DNA of 55,728 bases, counting the filler, from Bipalium vagum (Eukaryota): the NCBI GenBank assembly GCA_037834085.1. It is 3 parts of 3 records of this genome, joined end to end, with 100 filler letters (N's around TTAATTAATTAA, not from the genome) between each part and the next. Parts side by side here need not be neighbours in the genome. Positions count along the whole stretch, not along the records: positions 38,529 to 55,728 come from JBBMKC010074732.1; 2 more parts are not named here. The stretch is one strand, 5' to 3'. Under the pieces are notes generated by a model, which did no database searches, was not told the origin of the DNA, and saw only the letters and a list, made by a program, of their open reading frames with translations. Below are positions 51,806 through 55,728 of the stretch, in pieces. Numbering within the stretch: the stretch's first letter is position 1; each line of letters opens with the position of its first letter. The position numbers and the translations under genes are program-made.

Positions 51806-53849
51806 CATTGCCTATAAATGGATTAATTGTATGTAAAATCTTGTATAATATTTTAAAAATGGTGCAATGTTGATTAAACATACCTTTAAACTCGTTATTA
51901 AATATTATAAATTGAAAAAATATCAAAAAGCTCAACATTTGGTTTTAAGTAAAATTGCTAATTTTTCAAAATAAAATTCAAGTTCATTTCATACACTATG
52001 CCAATTAATCAAAAAACTTCATCTGCTGCAACACATCCAAATTAGTTGACTGAACAACCATTATTTGTAAAATATTTCTCGAGTCTATTTTAATGACCAT
52101 GTCTTATATTTAAAGTAATGAACTAATTAAATTCGAATTTTATTAAAATATTTGAGACTTATTAAATTTTAGGATAAATATAATCAATAATTAAAAATTC
52201 ACTGTTTATAATTGATTAATTTTAATTATTATTTTAAATATTATTATAAAATTAATAAAGTCACTACATTAAAATATATATGATTTTTATGATCCGGCGT
52301 TTTGATTAGCCTCCTTATATTTTTGATAAAATATTGGTATGATATTAGAAACAAATTTATTTATTTATCTTAATTTTGTTAATCATTAAACAATTTAGTG
52401 ACACTTTAATTTTATTGAGAATTTATAAATCATTGTTAAAGTTTTAAAGGTCAAAATTTTAGTTTTTTTAAAAAGCGATGTAACTTATCATTGTTCTTTA
52501 TAAAAATTTTTTGAATTGATCAAAATAGAAAATATTTCACCTTTGAGTTTCAAATTGGTTTAAAATGTAAGGGCGAAAAAGGAAAATTCTTAATTTAAAC
52601 AAGAAAATAATAAAATAGCAAAAACCTTTCTCAATCAGAATGATAAAAATAGAATTTATGAAATTTGAAAGTCATTGATCATGCCTTCTTTAAAACTAAA
52701 TCGGCATTACATTTCCTTTTGCTTTTCTCTTAACTTTAGAAACATTAATTTGAATTTTATATTTTATGTTTTTATCTTTTTCAAGTCACTTTTTATAATT
52801 CCGATGCAAAATAAAACAAGAAATAAACGGGTATCCTTGAAACCATTTTTTAAAATTCAATCTTTATTTTAAATATATAATATAAAATAAAATAATTAAA
52901 AATAATTTAATAATAAATAATTTAAGTGTGCATAATTAAATCCCTTTCTCAGTCATAATTTAAAGTTTTAAATCTAAGTACCCTTCACAGGGACCCAATG
53001 ATATCTTTAAATGTTTCAGATCTCGAACCAAATATCTCTTTCATATCACATAGAGATCTAAATTTATTGAAAGGCTAAATCCAATTTTAAATCATCTGAT
53101 TTATTATGTTTTGAACGCCTTGCTCAGTGCTCAGGCCTTTCAGACAATTGTTTATTTCTTTCTCAGTTATTAACTTACTTAAACCTTTTTCCACGTGTAT
53201 TAAGACAAAAATGCAATATAATTCAGTGATGAGTGCTTTTTTATATTAATCTTTCTTTCATAATGGCTCAAGTTTTATTTCTCTTCATTTTATGTCATAT
53301 ATATCGAAGATATTTGACTTTTTCAATTGAATTGTCTGCTTTCTTAAGTTTTTCAAACTAAGCGTAATTATTAACTCAACACACTCAAATTCATTTTTGT
53401 GAATTTCCAAAAAACCATTTTCAATTTTCGATATAAAAAGCGTTAGCGATACATGTACATATATTCGTTTACAATAAAAACGCAACAGTAAAAAATTAAA
53501 GTTGAAAAAACAAAATTATCAAATATATTTGACCAAATGTCGTGAAATCAATAAATGTATATGGAAAACAACCAAAGATATCGATAAAAAGTTATGTCAG
53601 CGCGTATAACGGCATAATGTTGAATTCTTCTTTGTATACTATTTATTAGAAATTAATTTGCAAAAGCTATACTGTTAAATCGATGATATGAGGTCTCTCA
53701 TTGTCTTATTGAAAATTACTGTTTCTAGTTGTGTCCATTAATGAAAGATTTTATTGATGAATCAAAGAGTATTCAAATTACGTTAGGTAAATATATGAGG
53801 TGATTGGAGTTACACATCACCAATTATGCAATGACGCATTTTTTATAAA

Positions 53850-54150
53850 GGACAATCAAACGCAGGATGAATTAAAATTCCAATTAAACATTGGAAGAGA
53901 TCACACAGTTATCGATTGGAAGTACTTTTATCAAAAAGTCATGGTAGAGCATTTTTTGGAAAATCAGAAAATATTAGAGGAATTAACCATGGAAACTAAA
54001 AGTGAATTCATCGTTATCTTTTTGCACTTCGATTTACATGACACCGTAAATCACATCGAGAATAAAGGGCTTTAAATTGAGACAAGATGACAAAGTGAAA
54101 TACGGAACTCATACAGTCATATTTGAATCATCTTTTTGAATTTATGTAAA
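53850..54150 (+). mobile_element. Merlin (IS1016/ISXO2-like) transposase remnant
   Basis: HTVIDWKYFYQKVMVEHFLENQKI and HDTVNH, matching the TVVDW..F.RE and HxTVNH motifs. The DDE core is deleted. Confidence 0.6.
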
Positions 54151-54846
54151 ATATTTTATCTGTTATGAAAATAGGCGAGGTTGTTATTGGAGATTAAAAT
54201 TTCGCTTACAATAAAATCAAGGTATCCTTGGCAATGCGGAATGTGACACCGTCTTGTTGAAACAACATGTCAGACATCCATATGATCCATTTCCTTCCAT
54301 AAGAAGTTGGAAATCATCTCACGATATCGAATTCCGTCGACTGAGACTGCTTTCCTCTTTTTATGTATAAGTTCCGATCACTCCTTTAGTCCAAACTATG
54401 ACTCTGTCAAGGTACATCATATATTCCTGTACAACATTTCTCTTTTGTCAACATTTGTTGTAGAGAAGTTTTTTAAATTTTTATTTCTTAAAACTTTCAT
54501 TGACAATAGTTATGACTTCATTTTTGGTCGTCAACTATAGCTCAATATATCATTTAATAATATCATTTCCTATATAGCTCAAATTTATGTAATAAATTTA
54601 CAACCGCGTTGCGCTAGGGGCATTGCGTTGAAGAAAGGTGAAGTTTTATTTTTGAATAGCTACTGTTACACATGATCCATTCGCATAAAGATTTTTTATA
54701 ATTTCTATTCGATAGCTTATTGATAATTTGTTCATTGTTAAAATGTCTGATTATTAATAATATTTAAACAAAAAGTAAGTAATCTGGATTAACTGGAAAA
54801 AAAACAATAGCCAATTTAAAATGTCAGTCTTTTGTGGGACAGCCTG
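54150..54846 (-). mobile_element. Decayed Tc1/mariner pieces with one terminus
   Basis: Terminus ...GTGGGACAGCCTG|TA. Only weak transposase-like peptides. Confidence 0.35.
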
Positions 54847-55728
54847 TAATCATCATGTTATGAAACAAAATTCTCTTTCGTTGATTAATAACATATTGAT
54901 AATAAAATGTTTTCTAATTGATACCGTATCTTATAAATTAATTTAACTTTTGGTATTTTGATATTTCATCATTCTCCTCTAAAAATATTAAAGAGTTATC
55001 GATGTTTCAGGAAATAAAGAGATCGAAATTTAAGATAGGAAATGGAATTTCTCCACATGAAGTTTGAAATGATAAATCAAAAGTAACTTGGTAAAATAAT
55101 AATAATATTTTTCTATTAATGCCCAACATGAGCCCTTGTTTGAATTGAGATCGCTTGTATTTATTAATTATCTACCTGTCTGTGGTCATTTAAGCATTTA
55201 AGTAAATTATTAAACCATTCACTAATTTAAACAATCTTGGTTTATGTCTGTTCATTTTATTCTGAAGAGAAGTACTCATCATTCTAAAATTCTATAATCT
55301 TTATTCCTGTACTAATCCACATTTATTCCGAGAATTTTTTAAAGATTTTTAATACATTTTGACTGGACTCAATCTCAAGATTTTATTAATTATTAAATTA
55401 AATTATTGATTATTATATAATGAACCAAATTAATTATCTATGATAATCAGAATCATTGAAATCCACCAGGAGACATCGTCTATCTCATTTAAAGAGCCTC
55501 ATAATTAATATAATTAATCAAATAATAAGATGATCCCACCAGAATTATTGTAAAATTAACAATCTAAACAGGGCTGCGACCTCAATTTTTCAATATTAAT
55601 TAATAATCAGAAAATATTTTTTTATCAATAATTTAATCAATAAATTTGGTCAAAGATATCTGAAACGTAAGGTCCTTGAACTGTATTAGTGGTGAATTAC
55701 AAAGCATTCTGAATTCATTTTATTATTA

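Overview
A very AT-rich eukaryotic (metazoan) window. The composition, (AAT)n tracts and transposon repertoire suggest a planarian-type flatworm, but that is inference. The window is three contigs joined by two artificial 100-nt spacers (N44-TTAATTAATTAA-N44). It holds one intact host gene, an intronless clan-2 cytochrome P450 (8537-10063, +). Almost everything else recognisable is decayed mobile DNA. The first ~7.5 kb is a shattered endogenous Polinton/Maverick (adintovirus-like) element: protein-primed DNA polymerase B remnants on + and probable major-capsid remnants on -. It is interrupted by an R2/NeSL-type retrotransposon piece carrying a Ulp1-like protease motif and by young retroelement patches. 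The rest contains many Tc1/Tc3/mariner/maT, pogo/Tigger and Merlin remnants, a Gypsy gag, an RLE-endonuclease fragment, related solo LTRs and a tRNA-Ala-like head. I found no intact novel multi-gene system. Family assignments come from hand translation and motif recall, not database searches. Boundaries of decayed elements are approximate unless TIRs or TSDs are quoted.
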